Shown: piece by piece, positions 48,663 through 57,638 of the stretch
Numbering within the stretch: the stretch's first letter is position 1
Layout: each line of letters begins with the position of its first letter
Source: Candidatus Marinacidobacterales bacterium
GTDB lineage: Bacteria; Acidobacteriota; Vicinamibacteria; Marinacidobacterales; DATDRI01
Assembly: GCA_965226495.1 (NCBI GenBank)
Contig: OZ245365.1
Coordinates: forward strand, 928,001 to 992,000
Length of the DNA stretch: 64,000 nucleotides
Direction of reading: 5' to 3'
The notes under the pieces: model-generated
Told to the model about the DNA's origin: nothing
What the model saw: only the letters and a program-made list of their open reading frames with translations
The model's database searches: none
Position numbers and translations under genes: made by a program

Positions 48663-49670
48663 TCTCTCCCCCTGCCTGTGATCGATCGCGCCTCCATTGC
48701 CCGTGGCACGATCGCTGCCTGCCTGATGCTGGCCGCTCCCGCTAGCGGTGTCGAGCTCGATTTGAAGGAGTACAACGAGCTCGTGGAGCGCTATCGCCAA
48801 GGGCTCCGCTTCTCCGCGGCCCGGGCGCTGTCGGAGCTTCCCCAAGAAAGCGCTCGCTCGACGGCAGCAGAGTTCCGCGCGAGTGCTCCTCCCGACCTCC
48901 AGCTCCAAGCCGCAGCTCTCCTTCACATCGAGATCGCGCGTCGGTTCGCGAAGGGCAGGGCCACGCACATCGAGTTGGCGATACAGCACACGCAGGCGAT
49001 GAAAGATGCCGACCGGCGAACGAGCTTTCAGAAGAGATGGGGTCTGGCCCTCGGCTATTTCTACTACTACGTCCTCCGCTTTTCCGATGGGGAGGCCGTG
49101 CTCCAGGCCGCCTTCGATCTTACACCTGGAGATTGGGAGCTCCGATACGCCCTGGCGACTCTGCGTGAGGCGTTTGCGTTCACGCGAAGGGACCCAAGTC
49201 TCTTTCAGGCGGCCGAATCGGATTACCGGGCGATGCTACGAGAGCGTGCCGAGGAGCCGGAGCTCCACATACGACTGGGACACGTGCTGTGGCGTCGCGG
49301 TAGGGTGTCGGAGTCTCTCGACGAGCTTCGCAGAAATGTTTCGGCGGTCGAAGGACCGACTCGGCTGGTTGCTCATCTCGTTCTCGGTGAGATCTACGAT
49401 GGTCGTGACGAAATGGAGGAAGCCTTGCTCAACTTTCGGGCCGCCCTCGCGGTCGACCCGGACTGTCAGGCCGCATCGGCGGCCCTTGGAATGGCGCTTC
49501 ATCGAGCTGGGGAACGGCGAGACGCCTTGACGGTCACGAAACGTTTGCTGGAATCGAAGGAAGGCGCCTCCGTTCGAGACGATGGCTGGTGGCGCTACTT
49601 ATTGAGCAGGGCCGTGGATTACGACAAGATGTTTCAGGAGCTCCAGGAAGAAGTCCGCCCCCTGAGATGA
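48657..49670 (+). CDS. Exported tetratricopeptide-repeat protein
   Basis: Signal-like N-terminus; TPR-like helices (LHIRLGHVLW, AHLVLGEIY, ALAVDPD..ASAALG). Confidence 0.7.
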   Translation: MISLPLPVIDRASIARGTIAACLMLAAPASGVELDLKEYNELVERYRQGLRFSAARALSELPQESARSTAAEFRASAPPDLQLQAAALLHIEIARRFAKGRATHIELAIQHTQAMKDADRRTSFQKRWGLALGYFYYYVLRFSDGEAVLQAAFDLTPGDWELRYALATLREAFAFTRRDPSLFQAAESDYRAMLRERAEEPELHIRLGHVLWRRGRVSESLDELRRNVSAVEGPTRLVAHLVLGEIYDGRDEMEEALLNFRAALAVDPDCQAASAALGMALHRAGERRDALTVTKRLLESKEGASVRDDGWWRYLLSRAVDYDKMFQELQEEVRPLR

Positions 49671-50581
49671 TGACGGTTCTTCCCCTGCTCTGTAGCTTGT
49701 CGCTAATGGTCACCGCGCCCACGCGACAGGACGTCATAACGTTTCGCGTCGACGTTCGGACGGTCTACATCGACGTCTTCGTGACCCGAAACGGCAAGCA
49801 AGTGACCGGGCTTGGTGCCGAGGACTTCGAGGTCTACGACAACGGGGTCAAGCAAACGGTCCAGCTCGCAGATACCGAGGGTCTGGCGCTAAGCGTCCTG
49901 CTCTTGCTGGACACCAGCGGAAGCATTACCGGCTCCGGGTGGAACCAGCTCGGGGAGGCAGCGGTGGCCTTTACGAGGGAGCTGGGGGGTGAGGACGAAA
50001 CCGCCTTGTTGACTTTCTCCCGGCGTGCCAGTCTGCGGATGGGGTTCGGCGAGGAGGGAGGGGATGCTTTGTATGCCGCCGTCGCCGATAGAGGAGAGCG
50101 CGGGCCTACGGCACTGAACGAGGCACTGTTTTTCGGCCTGAATGTACTCGAAAGCAGGGAAGGAAGACCGCTCGCGCTCATCCTTACGGATGGCATCGAC
50201 AACGCGAGCTGGCTTTCCGCGGAAAGTGTCTTGCAGATGGCTCGCTCCTCCGAAGCCGTGGTCTACGCGTTGTTCGTAACTCCGCTCGGCCGGGGGACGA
50301 TTCGCTCACCGCTTTCCGCCCCGAGCTCCAAACCGGAGGGAACGGAGCAGTTCCTCTCGGATCTGACCCGAGCCACAGGAGGGCGCCTCATCCGACTCGA
50401 CTCGACGAAGAACTTGGGGGAGGACTACCTCGAAATCCTGGCCGAGATGAAAACGCGTTACCTCCTGGCCTTCGAGCCGCAGGGCGTCTCCGATTCCGGA
50501 TGGCACCGCTTAGAGGTACGTCTCCCGGGAAAAAGAGGGACGCAGCTCCGTGCTCGCTCGGGCTATCAAGCGAAGCCGTGA
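49667..50581 (+). CDS. VWA domain protein (Acidobacterial VWFA-related type)
   Basis: FRVDV..V.IDVFVT, GLGAEDFEVYDNG, MIDAS DTSGS, LTDGIDNAS, ATGGR, RARSGY; ATGA coupling to the TPR gene. Confidence 0.88.
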   Translation: MMTVLPLLCSLSLMVTAPTRQDVITFRVDVRTVYIDVFVTRNGKQVTGLGAEDFEVYDNGVKQTVQLADTEGLALSVLLLLDTSGSITGSGWNQLGEAAVAFTRELGGEDETALLTFSRRASLRMGFGEEGGDALYAAVADRGERGPTALNEALFFGLNVLESREGRPLALILTDGIDNASWLSAESVLQMARSSEAVVYALFVTPLGRGTIRSPLSAPSSKPEGTEQFLSDLTRATGGRLIRLDSTKNLGEDYLEILAEMKTRYLLAFEPQGVSDSGWHRLEVRLPGKRGTQLRARSGYQAKP

Positions 50582-50593
50582 GGGAAGGGAAAT

Positions 50594-50749
50594 GAGGGAC
50601 CCGCTGCGGGTGGTCGCGCCTTTCCCGCATTGCGTCGGATGTGCTATTTTCCGGGCGTGACGACAGCCCGAACCGGGTCTCGCCAACATGAACTCAGTGG
50701 TTTTTGCTCACGGGGCCACGGTCAAATTTCCTAGGATTTTCCCATGATC
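50594..50749 (+). promoter_or_regulatory. Duplicated promoter/structured leader, copy 2
   Basis: Palindrome 50599-50611; TGCTATTTT 50642-50650; 19-codon uORF 50688-50747 overlapping the kinase ATG. Confidence 0.65.
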
Positions 50750-53707
50750 GGGCGCACGCTCTCCCACTACAAAGTCCTCGAGGAGCTGAGCCGAGGCGGC
50801 ATGGGCATCGTCTACAAGGCGCTCGACCTGAAGCTCAACCGCGAGGTTGCCCTCAAGGTGCTGCCTCCCGAGCTCGTCTCCGACCCGGAGCGCAAGCGGC
50901 GCTTCGTCCAGGAGGCGAAGGCGGCGGCCGCCCTCAAGCACCCCAACATCGCCCATGTCTACGAGATCGACGAAGTCGAAGGCGAGACCTTCATCGCGAT
51001 GGAGCTCATCGAGGGGGAAAAGCTCGGCGACCTCATGCAGCGGGAACGGCTCCCCGTGGCTCGGTCGCTTCAACTAGCGGTAGAGGTAGCGGAGGGCCTC
51101 TCCCGCGCCCATGACAAAGGCATCGTTCATCGCGACGTGAAACCCGCGAACCTCATGGTCACCGAGGATGGCCACGCCAAGATCATCGACTTCGGCCTCG
51201 CCAAGCTCCTGGAGCCCATTGGAAGTGAAGACAGCGACGTGGAGACGGCGATTCGGGGAAAGACCCAGGCCGAGGTCCGATTGGGCACGGTGGCTTACAT
51301 GTCTCCTGAGCAGGCGCGAACGGGCGAGGTCGATGAGCGCAGTGATGTATTCAGCTTCGGCATCGTCCTCTACGAGATGCTCACCGGTGAGCTTCCTTTC
51401 AAGGCTTTAAGCGCGCCTGAGACCCTGAACGCGATTATTCACGAACCCACTCCTCGGCTGGATGCTTCGCTGGCGGGTGATCTGACTTCCGAGCTTCAGC
51501 GCGTCTTGGACAAGTGCCTAGCGAAGGATCCGGGCGAGCGCTATCAGACGGTGAGGGACCTGGCGGTAGACCTACGAGGGGCGCGCCGCCGGCTCGAGTC
51601 AGCCTCCCTCCTAGCGCTTCCGGTGAGGGGTAGCCGCAAGGCCTGGCTCTTCGTGGGGGCTGCCGCCGCCGCTCTTTTACTGGCCATGACGCTGGTGCTC
51701 TTTCTCCGCCAGCCCATTCAGCAGGAGACTCCCGCCGCCCGCTCCAAGCCCTCGATCGCGGTGCTTTACTTCGAAAACAACACCGGAGACCCTTCGCTCG
51801 ACTGGCTACGCATGGCTCTCACCGACATGCTGGTCACGGATCTCTCCCAGTCGCCGCAGGTCAAGGTTCTGGGCACCGAGACGCTCTACCAGATTCTGAA
51901 AGAAATGCGACGACTGGACGCGCGGGTCACGTCACTGGAAGTGGTTCAAGAGGTCGCCGAGCGCGGCGACGTGGACACCGTGGTTTTGGGGAGCTTCGTC
52001 AAGGCGGGCGATACGATCCGCATTAGTGTCCGACTTCAAGACGCGAGTAGCGGTGAGATCCTGTCGACCGAAAGAGTCGAGGGGGTTGGGGAGTCGAGCA
52101 TCTTCCCGATGGTGGACGATCTGACCCGCCGCATCAGGGCGAACTTCGAGACATCTGCCGTAGCAAAGGACGAGTTGGACCGCGACATAAAGGACCTGGT
52201 CACCTCCTCCGTCGAGGCCTACCGCTACTATGAGGAGGGGCGAAGATACCACCTGCTCGGCAAGGCGAAAGAGGCCGTTCTTCCTTATGAGAAGGCCTTA
52301 GAGGTGGATCCTGGCTTTGCCATGGCCCTCCTGCGGCTCTCCGAAGTCCATAACATCCAAGGCCTCAGGAAGGAAGGCGACGAATACGCGAGGCGAGCGC
52401 TCGAGCAGGCGGATCGGCTCACCGCACGCGAGCGCTATTACATCGAGTGCGTGTACTACCAGCGGAAGGAGGGGACGCGCGGCCGCTCCATCGAGGCCTA
52501 CGAGAAAGTGCTGGAGCTGGACCCAGACGACGGCGCGGCGCGAATCAACTTAACTTTGGCCTATTTCGGTCTCGAGCGCTTTGACGAGGCCATTGTCCAC
52601 TTGGAGGAGCTGACTCGGCGCAGGTATTCCTTCGTGGGCACGCCTTGGCTACTGGCACTTGCCTACTCTGCCCAGCGAGCGCAGTTTGACAGGGGATATG
52701 AGGCACTTCAGGATTACATCGCGCGCAACCCGGATACCTCGCAAGGCCATCTCAACCTCGGTGACCATTTCACCGACTGGGGAAAGCTCGATGAGGCACT
52801 CGCGGCCTTCGAGAAGGCGCAGTCGCTAAGCCCGGGTGACCCATCTCCCCTCGTGGGAATGTGGAGGGTGTTTATCCTACGCGAGGAGTGGGAGCGGGCC
52901 CAGGCGGCGGCTCAGAGCCTGGAAGAGTTGCCTGAGTCAGTCTGGAAGTACAGGGGCTCGCGCTTCCTTGCGGTGACTCGGCTTTACCAGGGTCGATCCC
53001 GAGAGGGGCTCACCTTCCTCGAGAGGGCGCGTGCCTACGCCGAATCAGGAACGAGGAAGGCCCAAGCCGACAATGATGCCGCTCGTGTTCTTCTCGAGAA
53101 AGGCCAGGCGGCTCGAGCCCTCGAACGAGCGCAACAGGCGCAGCGCGAGGGTAAGGGGGACCTCCCCGAGTGGGAGGGCCTCTTCCTCGCTGCTCTCGCT
53201 CAGGCGCGGCTCGGACGCAGGGAAGATGCCGAGACCACCGCAGAGGCACTTCGGCGGACAACAGAATCGCTTCCCACCGAGAAGGAGAAAAGGCGCTACC
53301 ACCACCTTGCCGGCGAACTAGCCCTCGGCCGTGGCGACGCGAGGGTTGCCATCAAGGAGCTCGAACAGGCTCAGTCGATGCTCCCCGCTCGGGGGCCAAT
53401 GCCATTGTTTCTCGTCGCGCCTCAGCCTCAACATGTTCCGGTCTGGTTTTCCCTGGCCACGGCCTATCTAACGGCCGGCGAGGAGGAGAAGGCGGCCGAA
53501 GGGTTCTATCGCATCACCGAAAGCACCACCGAGCATATCTTCTGGCCCATCCCTTACGTGCGCAGCTTCTACTTCCTCGGCAAGATCCACGAGAACCGTG
53601 GCGAGTTGGACAAATCCCGCGAGTACTACCGGCGCTTCGTGGACTTCTGGCAAGATGGCGATATGGACCGGAAGCGAGTCGAGGAAGCCCTGGGTAAACT
53701 CTCTTAG
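50744..53707 (+). CDS. Membrane Ser/Thr (Hanks) kinase with TolB-N-like and TPR sensor region, paralog 1
   Basis: SRGGMG, VALK, HRDVKPAN, DFG, GTVAYMSPE; one TM helix; SIAVLYFEN; TPR repeats. Confidence 0.92.
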   Translation: MIGRTLSHYKVLEELSRGGMGIVYKALDLKLNREVALKVLPPELVSDPERKRRFVQEAKAAAALKHPNIAHVYEIDEVEGETFIAMELIEGEKLGDLMQRERLPVARSLQLAVEVAEGLSRAHDKGIVHRDVKPANLMVTEDGHAKIIDFGLAKLLEPIGSEDSDVETAIRGKTQAEVRLGTVAYMSPEQARTGEVDERSDVFSFGIVLYEMLTGELPFKALSAPETLNAIIHEPTPRLDASLAGDLTSELQRVLDKCLAKDPGERYQTVRDLAVDLRGARRRLESASLLALPVRGSRKAWLFVGAAAAALLLAMTLVLFLRQPIQQETPAARSKPSIAVLYFENNTGDPSLDWLRMALTDMLVTDLSQSPQVKVLGTETLYQILKEMRRLDARVTSLEVVQEVAERGDVDTVVLGSFVKAGDTIRISVRLQDASSGEILSTERVEGVGESSIFPMVDDLTRRIRANFETSAVAKDELDRDIKDLVTSSVEAYRYYEEGRRYHLLGKAKEAVLPYEKALEVDPGFAMALLRLSEVHNIQGLRKEGDEYARRALEQADRLTARERYYIECVYYQRKEGTRGRSIEAYEKVLELDPDDGAARINLTLAYFGLERFDEAIVHLEELTRRRYSFVGTPWLLALAYSAQRAQFDRGYEALQDYIARNPDTSQGHLNLGDHFTDWGKLDEALAAFEKAQSLSPGDPSPLVGMWRVFILREEWERAQAAAQSLEELPESVWKYRGSRFLAVTRLYQGRSREGLTFLERARAYAESGTRKAQADNDAARVLLEKGQAARALERAQQAQREGKGDLPEWEGLFLAALAQARLGRREDAETTAEALRRTTESLPTEKEKRRYHHLAGELALGRGDARVAIKELEQAQSMLPARGPMPLFLVAPQPQHVPVWFSLATAYLTAGEEEKAAEGFYRITESTTEHIFWPIPYVRSFYFLGKIHENRGELDKSREYYRRFVDFWQDGDMDRKRVEEALGKLS

Positions 53708-53751
53708 GAGAATCGAACTTGGCGCACCGACCGCGGGGACCAACTCAAGGG

Positions 53752-53824
53752 GGTCACCGGTTCCGCTACACCGGGTCGCTCCGCGACCAATACCTCCGGA
53801 CGGCTGCCTTCCTGGCCAAGCACA
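53752..53824 (+). pseudogene. Short remnant of an S9 peptidase C-terminus
   Basis: Encodes GHRFRYTGSLRDQYLRTAAFLAKH; exact DNA matches to both S9 paralogs. Confidence 0.8.
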
Positions 53825-53837
53825 TAGAGGTGTTCCC

Positions 53838-53907
53838 CAGCCTATTCCACAGAACCGCAGCTCATGGCTCCACAGCCGCAGCCTGTGCGATAGAACCGCA
53901 ACTCATG
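53838..53907 (+). repeat. Degenerate direct repeat, 41-nt period
   Basis: CAGCCT-N7-AGAACCGCA(G/A)CTCATG at 53838-53866 and 53879-53907. Confidence 0.6.
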
Positions 53908-54027
53908 AGCACTTCTTATTCAAAGACAGATCGTAAGCGCATACCCAGCGGCGATTCCGGCGGCGCTTGAAGGGACCGGAAGGGTACCGTAGAATGCCTC
54001 GCAAATGATGGTCTCTTCTTCCGTTAC

Positions 54028-54061
54028 CCCCTCTCCCTTTGGGAGAGGGCCGGGGTGAGGG
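54028..54061. repeat. boxC-like extragenic palindrome
   Basis: CCCTCTCCC-TTT-GGGAGAGGG followed by CCGGGGTGAGGG. Confidence 0.65.
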
Positions 54062-54073
54062 CCTCCGAGTCCG

Positions 54074-57067
54074 ATGATTGGCCGAACGCTCTCCCATTAC
54101 AAGATCCTCGACGAGCTTAGCCGCGGCGGAATGGGTGTCGTCTACCGTGCGGTAGACGTCAAGCTCGACCGCGAAGTGGCCCTCAAGGTTCTCCCGCCAG
54201 AGCTGGTGGAAGACGAAGAACGAAAGCGTCGTTTCGTGCAAGAAGCGAAAGCGGCCGCGGCTCTCGAGCATCCTCATATCGGCGTGATCTACGAGATCGA
54301 TGAAGCCGAAGGCGTGACCTTCATCGCCATGGAGCTCATTCGTGGCGACAAGCTGGGCGACGTGATCCAAAAGGAAAGGCTTTCCGTTTCGCGCGCACTG
54401 GATCTCGGAATCGAAGTGGCGGAAGGACTCGCCCGGGCGCACGACAAAGGCATCGCCCACCGGGATCTGAAGCCCGGCAACATCATGCTCACCGAGGATG
54501 GCCACGCCAAGATCATCGACTTCGGTTTGGCGAAGCTGGTGGAACCCCTCACCGGTGGGCCGAGCGAGGCGAAGACCGTCACACGGAGGGAGACCGATCC
54601 CGGAAAGATCATGGGGACGGTAACCTATATGTCGCCCGAGCAAGCACGAGGCATCAAGGTGGATCACCGGAGCGACGTCTTCAGCTACGGCATCGTCCTC
54701 TACGAGATGCTAAGCGGGAAGCCTCCTTTTCAAGGTGCCACGGGGATGGACACGCTTCACGCGATCATGAAGGAGCCGGCACCACCCCTCGCCACGCTCG
54801 GCGGTGAAGTTCCGGAAGAAGCGGGCCGCGAGATCCGTCGTGTCCTCGACAAGTGCCTGGCCAAAGAGCCCGGTGAGCGTTACCAGACGATGAAAGACGC
54901 GGTGGTGGATATGCGCACCGCGCGTCGCCGCCTGGAGTCAGGCACGATGTCCGCCGTCTCGGGGGTGCACGCTCCGGTGGTGGAGAGCAAGGAAGGCCGC
55001 CGGCCCTGGACCATCCTAGGGGGCGTTGCGGCGGTCATCTTCTTGGTTGCCGCTATCTTGTTTTTCTGGCGGCCGAGCACCGAGGAGGTACCTTCCGGAA
55101 CGCCGTCGAAACCTTCGCTCGCCGTGCTCTATTTCGAGAACAATACCGGAGACCCTTCGCTCGACTGGCTTCGCACCGCCATCACCAACATGCTGGTCAC
55201 GGATCTCTCCCAGTCGCCGCAGGTCAGGGTTCTGGGCACCGAGACGCTCTACCAGATCCTGAAAGAAATGCGACGACTGGACGATCGGGTCACGTCACTG
55301 GAAGTGGTTCAAGAGGTCGCCGAGCGTGGCGACGTGGACATCGTGGTTCTGGGGAACTTCGTCAAGGCGGGCGATACGATCCGCATTAGTGTCCGACTTC
55401 AAGAGGCGAGTAGCGGTGAGATCCTGACCACCGAAAGAGTCGAGGGGGTTGGGGAGTCGAGCATCTTCCCGATGGTAGACGATCTGACCCGCCGCATCAG
55501 GGCGAACTTCGAGACCTCTGCGGTAGCAAAGGTGGAGTTGGACCGCGACATAAAGGACCTGGTCACATCCTCCGTCGAGGCCTACCGCTACTATGAGGAG
55601 GGGCGAAGATACCACCTGCTCGGCAAGTTTAAAGAGGCGGTTCTTCCTTATGAGAAGGCCCTAGCTGTGGATTCTGGCTTTGCCATGGCTCTCCTGCGGC
55701 TCGCCGAGGTCCATGGCAATCAAGGCCACATGAAGGAAGCCGAAGAATACGTGAGGCGAGCGCTCGAGCAGGCGGATCGGCTCACCGCACGCGAGCGCTA
55801 TTACATCGAGGGCGTGTACTACCAGCGGAAGGAGGGGACGCGCGGCCGCTCCATCGAGGCCTACGAGAAAGTGCTGGAGCTGGACCCAGACAACGCGGCG
55901 CGATTCAACTTGGCTTTCGTCTATTACAGTCTCGAGCGCTTTGACGAGGCCATTGTCCACTTGGAGGAGCTGACTCGGCGCAGGTATTCCTTCGTGGGCA
56001 CGCCTTGGCTACTGGCACGTGCCTACTCTGCCCAGCGAGCGCAGTTTGACAGGGGATATGAGGCACTTCAGGATTACATCGCGCGCAACCCGGATACCTC
56101 GCAAGGCCATTTCAACCTCGGTGACCATTTCACCGACTGGGGAAAGCTCGATGAGGCACTCGCGGCCTTCGAGAAGGCGCAGTCGCTAAGCCCGGGTGAC
56201 CCATCTCCCCTCGTGGGAATGTGGAGGGTGTTTATCCTACGCGAGGAGTGGAAGCGGGCCCAGGCGGCGGCTCAGAGCCTGGAAGAGTTGCCTGAGTCAG
56301 TCTGGAAGTACAGGGGCTCGCACCTCCTGGCGGTGACTCGGCTTTACCAGGGTCGATCCCGAGAGGGGCTCACCTTCCTCGGGAGGGCGCGTGCCTACGC
56401 CGAATCTGGAACGAGGAAGGCCCAAGCCGACACTGATGCCGCTCGTCTTCTTCTCGAGGAAGGCCAGGCGGCCCGAGCCCTCGAACGAGCGCAACAGGCG
56501 CAGCGCGAGGGTAAGGGAAACTACCCCGAGTGGGAGGGCCTCTTCCTCGCTGCTCTCGCTCAGGCGCGGCTCGGACACCGGGAAGATGCCGAGACCACCG
56601 CAGAGGCACTTCGGCGGAACACAGAATCGCTTCCCACCGAGAAGGAGAAAAGGCGCTACCACCATCTTGCCGGCGAACTAGCCCTCGGCCGTGGCGACGC
56701 GAGGGTTGCCATCAAGGAGCTCGAACAGGCTCAGTCGATGCTCCCCGCTCGGGGGCCAATGCCATTGTTTCTCGTCGCGCCTCAGCCTCAACATGTTCCG
56801 GTCTGGTTTTCCCTGGCCACGGCCTATCTCGCGGCCGGCGAGGAGGAGAAGGCGGCCGAGCGGTTCTATCACATCACCGAGAGCACCACCGAGCATATCT
56901 TCTGGCCCATCCCCTACGTGCGCAGCTTCTACTTCCTCGGCAAGATCCACGAGAACCGTGGCGAGTGGGACAAATCCCGCGAGTACTACCGGCGCTTCTC
57001 AGACTTCTGGAAAGACGGCGACATGGACCGGAAGCGAGTCGAGGAAGCCCTGAGTAAACTCTCTTAG
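54074..57067 (+). CDS. Membrane Ser/Thr kinase with TPR sensor region, paralog 2
   Basis: HRDLKPGN, DFG, GTVTYMSPE; TM helix; sensor half nearly identical to paralog 1. Confidence 0.92.
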   Translation: MIGRTLSHYKILDELSRGGMGVVYRAVDVKLDREVALKVLPPELVEDEERKRRFVQEAKAAAALEHPHIGVIYEIDEAEGVTFIAMELIRGDKLGDVIQKERLSVSRALDLGIEVAEGLARAHDKGIAHRDLKPGNIMLTEDGHAKIIDFGLAKLVEPLTGGPSEAKTVTRRETDPGKIMGTVTYMSPEQARGIKVDHRSDVFSYGIVLYEMLSGKPPFQGATGMDTLHAIMKEPAPPLATLGGEVPEEAGREIRRVLDKCLAKEPGERYQTMKDAVVDMRTARRRLESGTMSAVSGVHAPVVESKEGRRPWTILGGVAAVIFLVAAILFFWRPSTEEVPSGTPSKPSLAVLYFENNTGDPSLDWLRTAITNMLVTDLSQSPQVRVLGTETLYQILKEMRRLDDRVTSLEVVQEVAERGDVDIVVLGNFVKAGDTIRISVRLQEASSGEILTTERVEGVGESSIFPMVDDLTRRIRANFETSAVAKVELDRDIKDLVTSSVEAYRYYEEGRRYHLLGKFKEAVLPYEKALAVDSGFAMALLRLAEVHGNQGHMKEAEEYVRRALEQADRLTARERYYIEGVYYQRKEGTRGRSIEAYEKVLELDPDNAARFNLAFVYYSLERFDEAIVHLEELTRRRYSFVGTPWLLARAYSAQRAQFDRGYEALQDYIARNPDTSQGHFNLGDHFTDWGKLDEALAAFEKAQSLSPGDPSPLVGMWRVFILREEWKRAQAAAQSLEELPESVWKYRGSHLLAVTRLYQGRSREGLTFLGRARAYAESGTRKAQADTDAARLLLEEGQAARALERAQQAQREGKGNYPEWEGLFLAALAQARLGHREDAETTAEALRRNTESLPTEKEKRRYHHLAGELALGRGDARVAIKELEQAQSMLPARGPMPLFLVAPQPQHVPVWFSLATAYLAAGEEEKAAERFYHITESTTEHIFWPIPYVRSFYFLGKIHENRGEWDKSREYYRRFSDFWKDGDMDRKRVEEALSKLS

Positions 57068-57077
57068 GAGAATTACG

Positions 57078-57638
57078 ATGAAGAAAATCTCGAGTCTGGT
57101 ATGGCTGCTTGTTTTCTGTGTGCTGACCGCAAACGCACATGGGAACTTGATTAAGAACGGTAGCTTTGAGAGTGGAAAGCTGGTGCCCAATAAGAATGGG
57201 GATATGCTGCTGCATGCGGGCGCAACAGATCTGACCGGCTGGATTGTCATCAATGATCTGACCTGGATAGATCTGGATAATCCATGGAAGCTCTCGGCGA
57301 GCGACGGCAACCGGTTCGTTGACTTCACCGAATACAGGGCAAAAGAGCTTGGCGGTGTTTCTCAGTCCATTCCAACGACGGCCGGTGAAGACTACGAGAT
57401 AACGTTCGATCTGGGCAGTTCAACTCAATGGAAAGTGCCAGTCTCCATTACGGTCATTGCGGGTGTTGAATCTGCCATCTTCACCTCGACGAATCTGACA
57501 GATCTTGACGTGTGGGAGAGCTTCTCGTTCAAGTTTACTGCCACCTCATCCAATACCTTGATCATTTTCTTGGGTCTGACGGGCAAAGGCTACACTGGCC
57601 TGGATAACGTCTCCGTGAAAGGAGCGGATACGAAATGA
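57078..57638 (+). CDS. Exported DUF642/choice-of-anchor-C-like jelly-roll protein
   Basis: Signal peptide; NLIKNGSFE, ASDGNRFVD, GGVSQSI, FTATSSNT, LDNVSV; AT-richer than its neighbours. Confidence 0.75.
   Translation: MKKISSLVWLLVFCVLTANAHGNLIKNGSFESGKLVPNKNGDMLLHAGATDLTGWIVINDLTWIDLDNPWKLSASDGNRFVDFTEYRAKELGGVSQSIPTTAGEDYEITFDLGSSTQWKVPVSITVIAGVESAIFTSTNLTDLDVWESFSFKFTATSSNTLIIFLGLTGKGYTGLDNVSVKGADTK

Noticed and set aside
53838-53907. Mini CRISPR array with a self-matching spacer
   Set aside because: Only two degenerate units, no spacer-length unique sequence between them, and no cas genes
51782-57073. Diversity-generating retroelement behind the near-identical kinase halves
   Set aside because: No reverse transcriptase in the window; differences are not adenine-specific and span ~1.9 kb
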